Below are positions 1 through 16,008 of a stretch of DNA of 64,000 nt, piece by piece. Every line of letters starts with the position of its first letter. Position 1 is the first letter of the stretch. The notes below the pieces were generated by a model. That model did not search any database. It had not been told where the DNA came from and worked only from the letters and a program-made list of their open reading frames with translations. Both the position numbers and the translations under genes were made by a program. Location of the stretch: NCBI GenBank assembly GCA_965153355.1, contig OZ231126.1, forward strand, positions 30,008,001 through 30,072,000, in the 5' to 3' direction. The stretch comes from Flaccisagitta enflata (taxonomy: Eukaryota).

Positions 1-96
1 ATGGATCATTTAACGAAAGCACGTCTTAGAGAAAACGTCTTATGGACAAAACATTTTTTAGAGTTGCGTATCTGCAACTCATAACCGAGACAAACG

Positions 97-227
97 CAGC
101 AACAACAACCACCACCACCACCATCACTACCACCACCACCACCACCACCACCACCACCACCACCACCACCACCACCACCACCACCACCACCACCACCACC
201 ATAACAACCACAATAACAACCACAACC

Positions 228-312
<85 letters not shown>

Positions 313-314
313 CC
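97..314. repeat. (ACC)n/(ACA)n compound microsatellite; one of many simple repeats (GA, CA, CTT, CTTT, GGAA, GAT)
   Basis: Directly visible. Confidence 0.97.
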
Positions 315-873
315 AAAGTGACAAGAAGACAAACAGAAAGACAATCCAAGGAAAAGTGGTCCTTGAGCCGGGAATAAAGAAGAAGTGTCTTCAAATTCGA
401 TTTGTAGCGGCAAAAATGGTGAACGTTGATGACACTCAAAAGCCGTCTTAAGAGTGCTTTAAACTTCTTTACGTTTGGTAGAGACGACTTGACTAAGACC
501 ACATGCAAGGTCTTGGGAATAACATTGCGTGCGAACTTTTAAGCGACAAAGACGACAAAAATTGCAAAAATGACAGAAAATGCAAGAAACGATGAAACAG
601 ACACTGTGCCGCTTTTATGCTCCCGCACGTTCACGACGGTCACAATCGGATTCATGCTTTCATACTCCATTTACGATTCACGATCGCAGTTTTAGAAGTC
701 TGTACAGTTCATATAGCTGCTCAGTATACAGTTTTGCATGGAGTGGCATTTTTTTCATGGCTTGAGGAAACGATGCAACAGATTGTGAGCGCGCAATGGT
801 AACGCCCTTCGCGGGACCATCCTTCCGTTTCCTGTGGTCCAACCCATTAACAGGTGTTTTCACTGATTAATTG

Positions 874-1286
874 TACTACGCGAATCAATAAAAAAGCCGC
901 ACTTTTAAATGACAATTTACCATATTGAATTTCAAAATAATCAGATAAAATTTTTGACCATTTTACAGCTCTCAAAGAGAACTTTCATTTGGCTCCAATC
1001 TGGTATTTCTAGCTTTATTCGTTTAGAAATGGCATAAAAAGAGTGAAAACATTGCCATTTTCAGTTTTGCAATCCTATTGAAAAATAAGCATTTTTACAA
1101 AAAAGTGGTTAACTTGGACAAACTCTAACTTCTAAACGGGTTGAGATATAGACCTGGGATTGGTCTAGAGTGAAAGAAAATTTGAAAATCTTCAAAATCA
1201 GTCCAACAAAAAAAGTTTAAAATAACTTTTTCTACCTCTTCCACTCACCTATAATAGGTGCGGCTTTTTTTTTCATTTGCGTAGTA
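874..1286. mobile_element. TA-flanked MITE (Tc1/mariner-like)
   Basis: TACTACGC...AAAAAAGCCGCAC / GTGCGGCTTTTTT...GCGTAGTA; homologous to 15594-16008. Confidence 0.75.
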
Positions 1287-1817
1287 TACTCTCCCCCACC
1301 CCCAAACGAGTGGTTTAGCCGGTGGTGCCTTCATCCTTCCCTTGTGGATGGTTTTCCCAATTTTGGTGTCCTTTTTTACATTTAATTGGTTTGACTGATT
1401 GTCGATTCATTCCTCCCATGCAATTTTATCCTTCCCACATGAGTCATTGACATGGTTGCATTCTCATGTGGATGATTTCCCAGATTGTCATGTGTTTTCC
1501 CCAATTGCGGTGTCACCCTACTGATTCAACTTCATTCATGTGGTATTACAAATAGAAGAAGATTTATCCTCCCATAAACGTGGACTCCTAGATAGATGAT
1601 TTATCCCTGCTGGGCATGCAGTTCAATGTGACTTTTTTCTTTGTAGATTATAGATTTATCCTTTCCCTGCAAGTGATTTTACTCATTGTGGTTTCCTCTT
1701 CTTCTTCCTGACGCTGATGGTTTCATAGAATAAAAATACTTTCCAAAATGTGGTTTTACTTTTCCCGTGATATTGGTTTCCCCAATTGAGGGTTCAGTTT
1801 TTCCATATATTGAAAAC

Positions 1818-1980
1818 GAAGAAACCATCCTCATGGTAAGGATGTTATTAAATTGGCGTGCAGTGAAATTATCTATGACGTTTAAGTGTTACCTTGATAC
1901 TAAAGGTAACACTTAAATGTCATAGATGATTTTACCCCAAGTCGATTTAATAACATCCTTCCCATGAGGATGGTTTCTTC
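1818..1980. repeat. ~160-bp imperfect palindrome
   Basis: GAAGAAACCATCCTCATGG... / ...CCATGAGGATGGTTTCTTC with a loop of a few nt. Confidence 0.9.
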
Positions 1981-2800
1981 TTTTCCCCTTTTAAAAAAGA
2001 AGACAAGATGTTTCTCATCAATGTGGACAATGTTTAGATTGCCCTCAAAACCAACAGAGTAGCTGATATTGCTGAGATACCGGAAAAAGTCAGGAAAAGG
2101 TCACAAAAGCCAACAAGTGAGTCCATCTGTCCCTCCATCTAATTGTTCCATCGGTTGGTGTGTCCGTATGCTTTCGCTTTCGCTTTACTGCTTCAACGCT
2201 ATCAACAAATTTCTTCTTCTTCTTCTTCTTCTTCTTCTTCTTCTTCTTCTTCTTTTTCTTTTTCTTTTTCTTTTTCTTTTTCTTTTTCTTCTTCTTCTTC
2301 TTCTTCTTCTACTATCTGATTGTTCCATCTGTTGGTGTGTCCGTATGCTTTCGCTTCCGCTTTACTGCTTCAAAGATATTAACAAATTTCTTCTTCTTCT
2401 TCTTCTTCTTCTTCTTCTTCTCCTTCTTCTTCTTCTTCTTCTTCTTCTTCTTCTTCTTCTTCTTCTATGTCTGTTGGTCGGTCTGTTGACTGACTAGTCT
2501 GTTGGGCCGTCGGTTTGTGATAACTGCCCCTGCCCAAATGCTTGGTTAACCTATTATTACTGCCCCTGCCCACCCGCACGCGACTTGGCCGTGTATACGG
2601 CCTTATTTATCCATCAGCTCATCTGTTTCTATTTGAGATTTTGTTCGATCATTCATTTGTGCCGTACCGCTTTTCGTCTGCTTTTTTGAGTCAGTTCGTT
2701 TGGAACATGTCCGATCATCAAGAGTCCGTTTCATCTCTTTCGTCTTTAAGATCGCTCATAAATAAATTCCTACAATCGTCAATCTATCTTTTCCATTTTT

Positions 2801-4434
2801 AGTCGCGTGCACGCGACTCTATAACCCGCTCTGTCGGTCGGTCCGTCGGTCCGTCCGTCCGTCCGTCCGTCCGTAACACTTAGCTTTTTTTCGTCGTTTT
2901 ACGCCATTTTAGGGTATTTTACGTCATTTTAAGTCATTTTAAGTCATTTCCAGTCATTTTCAGTTAATTCTAGTCACTTAAGTCATTTTGTCATTATTTG
3001 TCATTTTTGTCATTTTATGTTATTATAAGTCATTTTAATTCATTCTTAGTCATTCTAAGTTATTTTAAGTCATTTTAAGTCATTACAAGTCATTCTAAGT
3101 CATTCTAAGTCACTCTAAGTTATTTTTTGGCTTTTGTAGTTTTTAGTAACTTTGCTTTTTTTCGTTGTTTTTGGTCAATTTGGGTCGTCTGGAGTTGTTC
3201 TGAGACATTTTGTTGTTGTTTTTTGTCATTTTTGGTTGCTTTTGGTCATCTTTGGTTGCTTTTAATCATTTTTGGTCATTTTTTGATCATTAACGTCACT
3301 TTGTTCGTTTAAGTCATTTGTGTCATTTTTGGGCATTTGAAATAGTTTTAAGTCACTTTAAGTCATTTTGGAACATTTCAGGTCATTTTTGGTCATTTAA
3401 CATGGTTTTTTGGTAAGTTTTGGTCTTTTATGTTTTTTTGGTTTTTTGGTCTGCTGGTTTAAGTTGGCTGGTTTAAGTTGGCTGGCTTATGTTGGCTGGT
3501 TTAAGATGGCTGGTTTTAGTTGGCTGGTTTAAGTTGGCTGGTTTAAGTTGGCTGGTTTAAGTTGGCTGGTTTAAGTTGGCTGGTTTAAGTTGGCTGGTTT
3601 GGGTTGGCTGGTTTAAGTTGGCTGGTTTAAGTTGGCTTGTTTAAGTCGGCTGGTTTATGTCAGCTGGTTGAGGTTTGCTGGTTTTAGTCTGCTGGTTTAA
3701 GTCTGCTGGTTTAAGTCTGCTGGTTTAAGTCTGCTGGTTTAAGTCTGCTGGTTTAAGTCTGCTGGTTTAAGTCTGCTGGTTTAAGTCTGCTGGTTTAAGT
3801 CTGCTGGTTTAAGTTTGCTGGTTTAAGTCTGCTGGTTTAAGTCTGCTGGTTTAAGTCTGCTGGTTTAAGTCTGCTGGTTTAAGTCTACTGGTTTGGGTCT
3901 CCTGGTTTGGGTCTGGTTTAAGTCTGATTTAAGATTTAAGTCTGGTTTAAGTCTGGTTTTAGTCTGGTTTTAGTCTGGTTTAAGTCTGGTTTGAGTCTGG
4001 CTTGAGTCTGGTTTAAGTCTGGTTCATGTCTGATTTATGTCTGGTTTAGGTCTGGTTAAGGTCTGGTTTATGTCTGCTTTATATCTGGTTTATGTCTGGT
4101 TCAGGTCTGGTTTAGGTCTGGTTTTGGTCTGGTTTAGGTCTGGTTTAATTCTGGTTTGAGTCTGGTTTGAGTCTGGTTTGAGTCTGGTTTGAGTCTGGTT
4201 TGAGTCTGGTTTGAGTCTGGTTTGAGTCTGGTTTGAGTCTGGTTTGAGTCTGGTTTGAGTCTGGTTTGAGTCTGATTGGAGTCTGGTTTGAGTCAGGTTT
4301 GAGTCTGGTTTGAGTCTGGTTTGAGTCTGGTTTGGGTCTGGTTTGAATCTGATTTTCGAAAAAAAGATTCATTAAGAAGTCAGGTCAGTTCAGTTATTTT
4401 TGTCTTGCACGCGACTTATAGGTGTTGGCCTTGT
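2801..4434 (+). mobile_element. HINE/DINE-1-like element (family A) expanded by internal 10-14-bp tandem arrays
   Basis: T-run, AGTCGCGTGCACGCGACT hairpin, (GTCC)n, arrays AAGTCATTTT, GTTGGCTGGTTTAA and GTCTGGTTTGA, then GCACGCGACT subTIR and GGCCTTGT-T-run end. Confidence 0.72.
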
Positions 4435-4552
4435 TTTTCACTCATCCGTTCATTACTAAGATATCTCATTCAGTCGATCTGTCTGTAAATCTGTACCATC
4501 ATCCCCACGGTATTGCTTCCATTTGGTTAGCCATTGAACGGTGCTTAACGTC

Positions 4553-6400
<1,848 letters not shown>

Positions 6401-7342
6401 CATATCTTTTTTTTGAAAGGATTTGCAAAATTTCAAAATTGTCACTGAGAAAAAATCCATGAGCCTTCCCACCAGGGATATATATAATAATTGAGTCGCT
6501 TTTGATTTTTTTACCGCAACGCGACGCGTCGCGTTTTAAAATTTATGGTCTCCCTCCTTGTCACGGTAGGACATGTTAAGGTTTAAATAGTATTATTTTC
6601 TGTTTTACCAACAAGTTTTTATGATTTGATACTGTGAAAAGTTACATTTTCCCCAAATTTTCTTTTTTTCTCTTTTTTCCCCCTTTGAGTTCCTTCACCA
6701 TCTCCACACCCTTTGATTCCCCCCCCCCCTCACCCGGGGGAAAACTCAATTATTTGGAAAAAAGTCGAAGAATACCTTCGGCTTTTTGAGACCTACATCG
6801 GAAATCGATTTTCCCTTTTTCTCATGAGGAGTTTGGGAAAGTTGGTCATTTTTTTGGCTTGAATGATTCTACGCATGAAATTAATAGCTAACAAAGAGTT
6901 AAATCTCCTCTTTCAGATGACGCCAAGCAGAATTCTCTGCGATCGATAGTTTCGGAGCTATGATTTTCTGAATCTTTTTTTATTTTTTCGCATTTTTCAC
7001 ATTTTTCCAAAAAATGAGGAATTAAGGTATTGAAGTCTATTTTAACTTCACATTGTCCCAGATGATGATTGTGCATGCTGGCAGCAAAGTCTCTCACTCT
7101 TTTAGTCGTAGAATCTATAAGAGGCTTTGTCCATCCGTCCGTCAGTCCATCCGTTCGTCTGTTGGTCCATCAGTCTATCCATGGTGATCAAGTCAAAAGT
7201 GGAAAAACAAGCATTCTCTCTCTGTGTCACTTTCTCTCTGTCTGCCTGTCCGTCCGTCTGTCTGTCCATCGTCTGTCTGTCCGTTGTCTGTCTGTCTGTC
7301 GTCTGTCTGTCCGTCGTCTGTCTGTCCGTCGTCTGTCTGTCC

Positions 7343-7555
<213 letters not shown>

Positions 7556-8800
7556 TTTTTCTCAGCATTTACGACTTTTTTCCTACGGCGATTAGCCGCC
7601 TTTATTGGTATACAGGCCTGCTTTCAACGATTAGAAATGAACTCGGTTGCGAACTGACCAACTGACCAAATGAAAATAGAATAACCAGTCATCCAAGGAT
7701 CGCACATGGTCAGCGGTCCCTGATGCCCTGCTTAGAGTGATCAGCTCAAAGAGTGGAGTGAGAGCAGGGCAGCGGCCCCAAAGGGCCGATGTCCTGTAGG
7801 ACATAAGCGTGAATTTGAGGGTGTTTGAGGGCATTTGATTGTTTGGAGCAGGGCGTCTGAGGGCATAAATGAGATCAGGGATGATCGCATCTTTAAGACC
7901 TGAGTTAGAAAATTTGAGGGGTGATTTTGGGCCTGAGAGGGTGATTTTGGATCTGAGTGGGCTGATTTTGTGCCTTAGAGCTTATTTTGGATCTAAGATT
8001 CTTGATTTTAGGCCTGGGAGGGCTAATTTTTTATCTGAGTGAGTTAATTTCAGGTCTAAGGGGGCTAATTTGGGTCCTGAGAGGACTAATTTGGAGTCTG
8101 AAAGGACTGATTTGGGGCCTGTGAGGGCTGATTTGAGGCCCAAAAGAGGCCTGAGCAGCCTTGGGGGAGGGGATGGATGAAAAGACATATGGACGGACGG
8201 ACGTCTGGAAATTCACCCCTGTGTCCTAGAGGACATTGGTCCTTTGGGGCCGCTTCCTCAAAAAGGTTCGAACAGCATTCTCAGTCGCTTGTGGTACCCC
8301 AAAGAGCAAATACAATCATAAGGAGGCAGCTCTGCTACTAGTTTCACTAAAAAGGGTTGCCGTCGATCAGGGCGACCAAGGAACTTAGTGCTTCATTGTA
8401 AAAATCTAGTTACTACAAAATGAACGAAACGAAACAAAATAACAACAACAAAAAAGTTGCGTTTTACTTTAAACGGGAAGACTATGACGTATAATTATGA
8501 ATGATTGCGATTACGTATGATTATGAGTTGCCAAACAAAAAAGTGGCTGGAAATTGGATGAATTGAAATGTGGCTAAAATCAATCTTGTTTCTCCGTTAT
8601 GGGCCGCGATTTTTATTCCATCGAGTTGCAGTCTTGTTTAACTGTTTATTTGCTTTATTTGTTGTTTTATTTTGATTATTTATTTGTGTTATTTGTTTGT
8701 TTACTCTTCCGCTTTTGGTAGGAAATTCACGTGGAGTCAACATTGGAAACTCGATTCTCTTTTCCAAGAGGAGATTGGAGGAGAGTTTTTGATGACAGAA

Positions 8801-8909
<109 letters not shown>

Positions 8910-10741
8910 ATGGCTTCTCACGCACCGGGATGGTAAGAAAACACGGTAAAATGAACGCCGTGTTTTCACAGCGGCGCTTTTTCTTTCTTTTTTTCTTTTT
9001 GCGGCAAACTGAACCGCGCGGCGCCGCAAAGCGAGTCGCGCCACGCTGAGCGCCGAACCTTCTCTCATAGAGCGCCTTACTGCGTCTCATTGAGCACCGC
9101 ACCGCGTCTCATAGAGCGCCTTACTGCGTCTCGCGCCATTCACGGTCCTCTTCATAATGTCTGTTGGCTCTCATGCTGCGTACGCGTTCGACGATGGAAA
9201 AGTTTCAGTCAATGACAAGTTGTTACTGACAACAACCCCCATACAAGCAGAGCTAAGATCAACCCAAATTACAGTTGAATCCCGCCCTAAGTCTAATGGG
9301 TAACGGCTTTCAAGGGACTTCTATCCATAATAGGTGGGGTTATGAATTGGCAGCTGTTATAGGCGGAATTTCCTTAATCGCTATTCCAAAACGAAAATAT
9401 ATAAAACAAACCGACAATCGAATGAACTAAAGAGCAAACATCGACATACTAATATAAAGTAGAGGAATCAGAGTCCACTGACTAGTAACATTTGCATACA
9501 CGCACAGGCATGGGAAAAATGAACGAGTGAACTAGTGTGCGTATTTCTATGAAACAGTGCCTTGGAGACTCGCTTTTTCTGCCAAGCTAAACGAAAGCTC
9601 TCATCAATTATTTGTTATAAGGGGCATTTAAGCAAACAGCAACAACCATCTCGATGGTCGTCCATTAATTGTAAAGGACATTTAAGAGGCAAACAAGCGT
9701 GGCCATTGAATTGGTCATCGTTTCAGCTTGACTGCGATTTATGCCGCGTTTCACGATCGTTGGATCGAAGTACCACGTGCATTAAACAAAACAAGTGACG
9801 CGGGGTCCCAGTATCGTTGCGGACGGGTGGGCAGGGGAATCGATCTGTTGCGCAGATTACCCCCAGCCTCACCCCAACCCCACCTCCAACCACCCCTGCA
9901 ACACACTCACACACTCACACACATAAAATGACAACTGAAGTATCATAAATACTCGTTTTTCACGTTTTTAACTCAAGCGTGACGAACCATTGGACGGACC
10001 AATGGACGGACCGACGGATGGACCGACGGACGGACCGACAGACAGATCAACAGATGGAGCAACGGACGGGCAAAGCCTCTTTTAGAGTCGCGTGTCCGAA
10101 ACTAAAAAGACACACTTATAAAAGACTTATTCTACCCAAGAATCAAAGAAATTTCTTCGAATATTCTTTCATTTGATTATTTCGTTCAGATATGGCAATA
10201 GTTTGGATAAAAACCTTGCTCATTCCTATGATAAATGTGCATTTTATAGAAATACTCTTCTTTTTGGAAAATTTTAGCTTTGGATAAGCTTTAGCTTGAG
10301 ATACAGACCTGGCCTATTGGTCTACGATAAAAGATTGTTTTTAAATGACAAAATCTGAACTGAAAACAATACATCCAATTTTGGGAATCACAATTATATC
10401 ACAATCACAATCATATGTAAGTGATTCCCAAAATTGGATGAATTGGTTTTCGTTTGAATTTTTTATATCTGTTTTATCAACTGATAAACAAGTGCGTCTA
10501 TTCTATTTTCGCTTGGAATATTTGCCAGTTACGGTTGTGGCTAGTTGGTCGGTCAGCTGGTCAATCAGTTAAGATCGCTTGTTCTATTGGTTGTTTGGTT
10601 AAGTAGTTAGTTGGTTGATCGGTTGGTCAATAGTTAAAATCGCTTGTTCTGTTGATTGATTGCTCGGTATGTTGGTTAAGTGGTTAATCGGTAACTAGTA
10701 ATTGGTTGTTTGGTTGATGTTAGCTTGTCATTTTGGCCATT

Positions 10742-11183
10742 CACAGTGCTCCGGATCCCACCACCACCAAATATAAGTACCTGTCACCCCCCAATCACCT
10801 CCTAATCACCACCCATTCACCCACACAGTGCTCCGGATCCCACCACCACAAAAAAAAGTACCTGTCACCACCCAATCACCTCCTTATCATCACCCATTCA
10901 CCCACACAGTGCTCCGGATCCCAGCACCACAAAAAAAAAGTACCTGTCACCCCCCAATCACCTCCTAATCACCACCCATTCACCTACACAGTGCTCCGGA
11001 TCCCACCACCACAAAAAAAAAGTACCTGTCACCCCCCAATCACCTCCTAGTCACCACCCATTCACCTACACAGTGCTCCGGATCCCACCACCACAAAAAA
11101 TAAGTACCTGACACCCCCCAATCATCTCCTAATCACCACCCATTCACCCCAACAGTGCTCCGGATCCCACCACCACAAAAAAA
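10742..11183 (+). repeat. 82-bp satellite array (resumes at 12678-12788)
   Basis: CACAGTG at 10742, 10824, 10905, 10987, 11069. Confidence 0.93.
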
Positions 11184-12677
11184 TCTTGAAAGAGTATGGG
11201 TCCGCGACTGGGGACAATCAGCGTTGTCAAACGGCGTTGTCAAACGGCGTTGTCGAACGGCGTTGTCGAACGGCGTTGTAATACAGAGTTGTACTACGGC
11301 GTTGTACTACGGCGTTGTACTACGGCGTTGTAACACGGCGTTGTAACACAGCGTTGAAATACGGCGTTGTAATATGGCGTTGTAATACGGCGTTGTAATA
11401 CGGCGTTGTAATACGGCGTTGTCAAACGTCAAACGCCGAAGTTATGCACATTTTTCACTTTTAGGCTGGTAGGCTAGTTGGGTGGAGGGTAGTTGGATGG
11501 TAGGCTGGTTTGACCGGTTAGCATGCTAAAATCTATCCAATTCAAATACATACGTTGATTCCTTCCATTAGGAGACTACATACCAAGTTTCAACCATATC
11601 GATTGAAAAATACCGAAGTTCTGCACGTTTTTAACTTTTAGGCTGGTAGGCTAGTTAGGTGGTAGGCTGGTTTGGCCGGTTAGCATGCTAAAACCTTTAC
11701 AATTCAAATACATATGTTGAGTTCTTTCATTTAGTGACTACATACCGACTTTCGACCAAATTGGTTGAAAAATGACTAAGTTGTGCACGCGCTTTTAGGC
11801 TGGTAGGCTGGTTGGGTGGTAGGCCGGTTTGGCCGGTTAACATGCTAAAATCTCTACAGATCAAATACATATGTTGAGTCCTTCCATTTAAGACTACATA
11901 CAAGTTTCAACTAAATCGGTTGAAAAATGCAAAAGTTATGCACATTTTTCACTTTTAGGCTGGTAAGCTGTTGGGTGGTAGGCTGGTTTGACCGGTTAGC
12001 ATGCTAAAATCTATACAATTCAAATACATATGTAGAGTCCTTCCATTTAGAGACTAGATACCAAGTTTCAACCTAATCGGTTGAAAAATGCCGAAGTTAT
12101 GCACATTTTTAACTTTTAGGCTGGTAGGCCAGTTGGGTGGTAGGCTGGTTTGGCCGGTTAGCATGCTAAAACCTTTATAATTCGAATACATATGTTGAGT
12201 TCTTTCATTTAGAGACTACATACGAGTTTCAACCAAATTGGTTGAAAAATGACTGTTGTGCATGTTTTTCACTTTTAGGCTGGTAGGCTGGTTGGGTGGT
12301 AGGCCGGTTTGGCCGGTTAACATGCTAAAATCTGTACAGATCAAATACATATGTTGAGTCCTTCCATTTAGAGACTACATACCAGGTTTCAACCAAATCG
12401 GTTGAAAAATGCCAAAGTTATGCACGTTTTTCACTTTTAGGCTGGTAGGCTGGTTGGGCCGGTTGGGTGGGTCGGATCATGACACACGCATAGGATGTAA
12501 AGCGGCTTACCCCAGTACAACTTCCCTCCAAATATGAAGCAAATCGGTCAAGGCGTTCAAAAGTTAGCCCATTTTTAAAAGTGTGGACAACGACGACGAC
12601 AACGACGACAACGACAACGACGACACCCACCCGCCTCGAATTATAGTCCGCGTCGGAATGGTATTCCGTCGCGGACA
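11184..12677 (-). mobile_element. HINE-like family C element with 11-bp and ~160-bp internal arrays
   Basis: Hairpin GTCCGCGTCGGAAT-ATTCCGTCGCGGAC at one end, GTCCGCGAC near the other; inserted in the A-run of the 82-bp satellite; related copy at ~46070-46850. Confidence 0.68.
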
Positions 12678-13506
12678 AAAAAGTACCTGTCACCCCCCGA
12701 TCACCTCCTAATCACCACCCAATCACCCACACACTGCTCCGGATCCCACCACCACAAAAAATAAGTACCTGTCACCCCCCAATCACTCGACTCTACACCC
12801 TGCTTTGTCGGTCCGTCGGTCCGTCGGTCCATCCGTCGGTCTGTCCGTCCATCCGTCCATCCGTCCATCCGTCACACTTTACTTTTTGGGGTTTTTATGG
12901 TCTTTGGCCTCACTGCTCCTGCCCAAATGATATGGTGACCTTGATTACGGCCCCTGCCCACCCGCACGCGACTGGGGTAGCCGTGCATCCGGCCTTGTTC
13001 GTAAACAAAGTCGCGAAGCGAGGAAAAGATGAGTCGCCTGAGGCCCAGAATTTCTCTTATAGACAGAGGAAAAGGAAATGTGAGGAAAACCGACTAACCA
13101 ACTGACCAACAAACTAACCAGATTGTCTAAAACATGCCGTTTAGAAATGGCAAGCAAAAGAGTAAACCTTTTTCAAAAAATCATAGGCTTGGAAAAACTG
13201 TCGACAAATGAGAAAAGGTTATCGCCTCTGTTAATGAAGAAATGCGATATAGACTGCATTTTAGATTCAAAGTCTTGTTTATTTCTTCTGAAAATAACTT
13301 ATTTTACCTTCAAACTCTCTCAGTTACTAAATTTTGTTACAGTATGGTCAATTAATCATATCATTGCCAGGGTGTCGCGTTTCTTTTGGCGAAGACTGTA
13401 GTTTTGGAAAAAGTGTGAAGAATGCTGAGAAAGAGAATCACTCCACAGCGAATGCTAAAATGAGTCAAATCATGATGGCATACTATTCTTTAATCTGAAG
13501 ATTTTT

Positions 13507-13706
13507 AGTCGCGTTCACGCGACTTTACAACCTACTTTGTCCGTCGGTTGCTTGGTTGGTCGGTCGGTCGGTCGGTCGGTCGGTCACACTTTGTTTTTTT
13601 TTTCATTTTTATTTTTACCTCACTGTTCCTGCCTAAATGGTCTGGTGACCTCAAATATGGCCCTTGCCCACCCGCACGCGACTTCGGTAGCCGTGTATCC
13701 GGCCTT

Positions 13707-13708
<2 letters not shown>
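13507..13708 (+). mobile_element. HINE family A, compact full-length copy
   Basis: Same ends and (GGTC)n core. Other copies at ~9791-10108(-), 12789-12999(+), 17512-17721(-), 20477-20680(-), 24068-24250(-), 28707-28889(-), 35762-36481(-). Confidence 0.75.
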
Positions 13709-13740
<32 letters not shown>

Positions 13741-14790
13741 AAGCTGGATGTAACAATTGGGACAAGATTGTTTCATTAAGAAAAAATGATGTAATATATA
13801 AATGTGTTAAGAGCAAAACATATATTTTTTTCAACTTGTTAAACTCATTCGCTTTGGCGTGACCTAGCCGTCTTATATTTTGGCTGTCTTAGCTTTGGGG
13901 CTTTCGTTGAAGTGCGTCAGACGATTTTTTTTTTCAAATAAATCAATTCAACACAAAGAACTTCCTTGACTCCGTTTTCCATTAACTTTTTTAGGTTTTG
14001 TTTCATTGCATGTTTTTGTTTTGTTATTGCTTACTATCGGTTCTATTGCTTGCCCTTTTGGTTGGTTGGTCATTCTTGATGGAAGAGAAAGTCTTCTTGG
14101 ACAATCGAGGGATGATTGGAGAGTTGAATCGAGTACGATATAGCCAACTAGCACTTGCATTCAAACATTCATGTATTAACGCTTTTTGGACAGCGGCCCC
14201 AATGGGCCGATGACCTGTAGGACACAGGGGTGAATTTCCAGACGTCCGTCCGTCCACCCGTCTATCCGTCCATCCGTCCATCCGTCCATCCGTCCGTCCG
14301 TCTGTCCGTCCTTCCGTCCGTGCAATGGTGGCAATGATGGCAAAATTATCAAATGGAAAGCCAGTATGTAATAATGTATCACGGTCGTGCCAGTAGATAT
14401 GCGGAAGTATGCTGCCACAGAGTTGCTTACAGTTACATACCTTACAAACAAGGCCAAGGAGGCTGAAACGCGCGCCTGTTGGATCGTCAAACGTTTGCGT
14501 GACAGACAGACGGACTGATGGACGGATGTAGTAATGGAAGGACGGACGGATAAACGGACAGAAGGACAGACGGACGGACGGACAAACGGAATGACGGACG
14601 GACGGACACATCAACCAACTTATACGGATGGACACGGGCTTTCAACGAGTTACTCAAATGCGGGCGAAAAACGTTTGAAAAATATCCGTAGTGCGTAAAA
14701 AGGTTTATATTTTATTTGGTCCTCTTGGGTGTTGCGCGCACACATGAGAGACAAAACGGATGGTGGAAATGGAAGTGGAAGTGAGACTGG

Positions 14791-14863
<73 letters not shown>

Positions 14864-15593
14864 AAAAGACAAAAAACAAGGAGACAGACATACAGACTGA
14901 TAGACTGATAGACTGATAGAAGAAGAGACAGAAGGTCTTATTGACAGAGAGAAAAAAATAGTAAGAGGGTGTGGGAGAGAGAAACAAACTGTGCCATAGA
15001 AACAGAGACAGACACAGTACAGTCCAATTCACTCAAACAGAAGCAAAAACAGAGAAACAGAGACAGAAACAGTCAAACAAAGGCAAAGACAATCATCTGA
15101 AATGAAAGACTGAAACAACCAGACAGAGATAGACAGTTAATAACTGAAACAAAGAAACAGAGACAGAAACAGTCAAACAAAGGCAAAAATACCTTGATAT
15201 TGACAGGAAATGAAAGCCAGGGACGACAGACAGTTAATAACTGAAACAGCCAGAGGTGAAGAGACATACACATGGGATAAAAGACAGGGACGATAGACAG
15301 TTAAAAACTGAAACAGCCAGAGGCGAAGAGACATACACATGAGATAAAAGACAGGGACGATAGACAGTTAATAACTGAAACAGCCAGAAGCGAAGAGACA
15401 TACACATGAGATAAAAGACTGGGACGATAGAGATATAATACCTGAAACAGCTGGAGGCGAAGAGACATACACATGAGATTAAAGACAGAGATAGACAGTT
15501 AATAACTGAAACAGAGAAACAGAGACAAAAACAGTCAGACAAAGGCAAAAATACATTGACAGGAAATGAAAGACAAGGACGATAGACAGTTAA

Positions 15594-16008
15594 TACTATA
15601 TGGATTTTAAAAAAAGACGCACTTTTGTATCGTTGATTAGGCTATTAGAACTCAACAAAACTAAGTAAAAGTCTAGACCATTAGAAGGCCCTTCAAAAAT
15701 TCTTTAATTTGGCGCTAATCTGGTATTTCTATCTCTTTTTGTTTAGAAATGGCGTTAGTTTGAATGAAAACCTTGCCAAATTTGCTTTTGCAGTCCCATT
15801 GAAAAAGATGCATTTTAACAAAATGGTGTTTCTCTTTAACAGGCTATACCTTCAAAACGGTTTGAGATACAGACCTGGGATTGGTGTAGAATAAAAGATT
15901 TTTCAAAAATCTTTAAAATCAGTTTGTCTGATAAAAGTTCAAAAAACTTTTTATACATGTTTTATCAACTTATACCAAGGTGCGTCTTTTTTTTAAATTC
16001 ACGTAGTA
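15594..16008. mobile_element. TA-flanked MITE, same family as 874-1286
   Basis: Interrupts repeat unit GACAGTTAA-TA-ACTGAAAC with TA duplicated; empty units are adjacent. Confidence 0.8.

Noticed and set aside
8930-9300. GC-rich patch with a 25-bp direct repeat (CTCATAGAGCGCCTTACTGCGTCTC) and a 48-codon ORF
   Set aside because: Might be a promoter or exon, but nothing supports a specific call.
10742-12420. CRISPR-like appearance of regular repeats
   Set aside because: Units repeat in full with no unique spacers; eukaryotic context, no cas genes.
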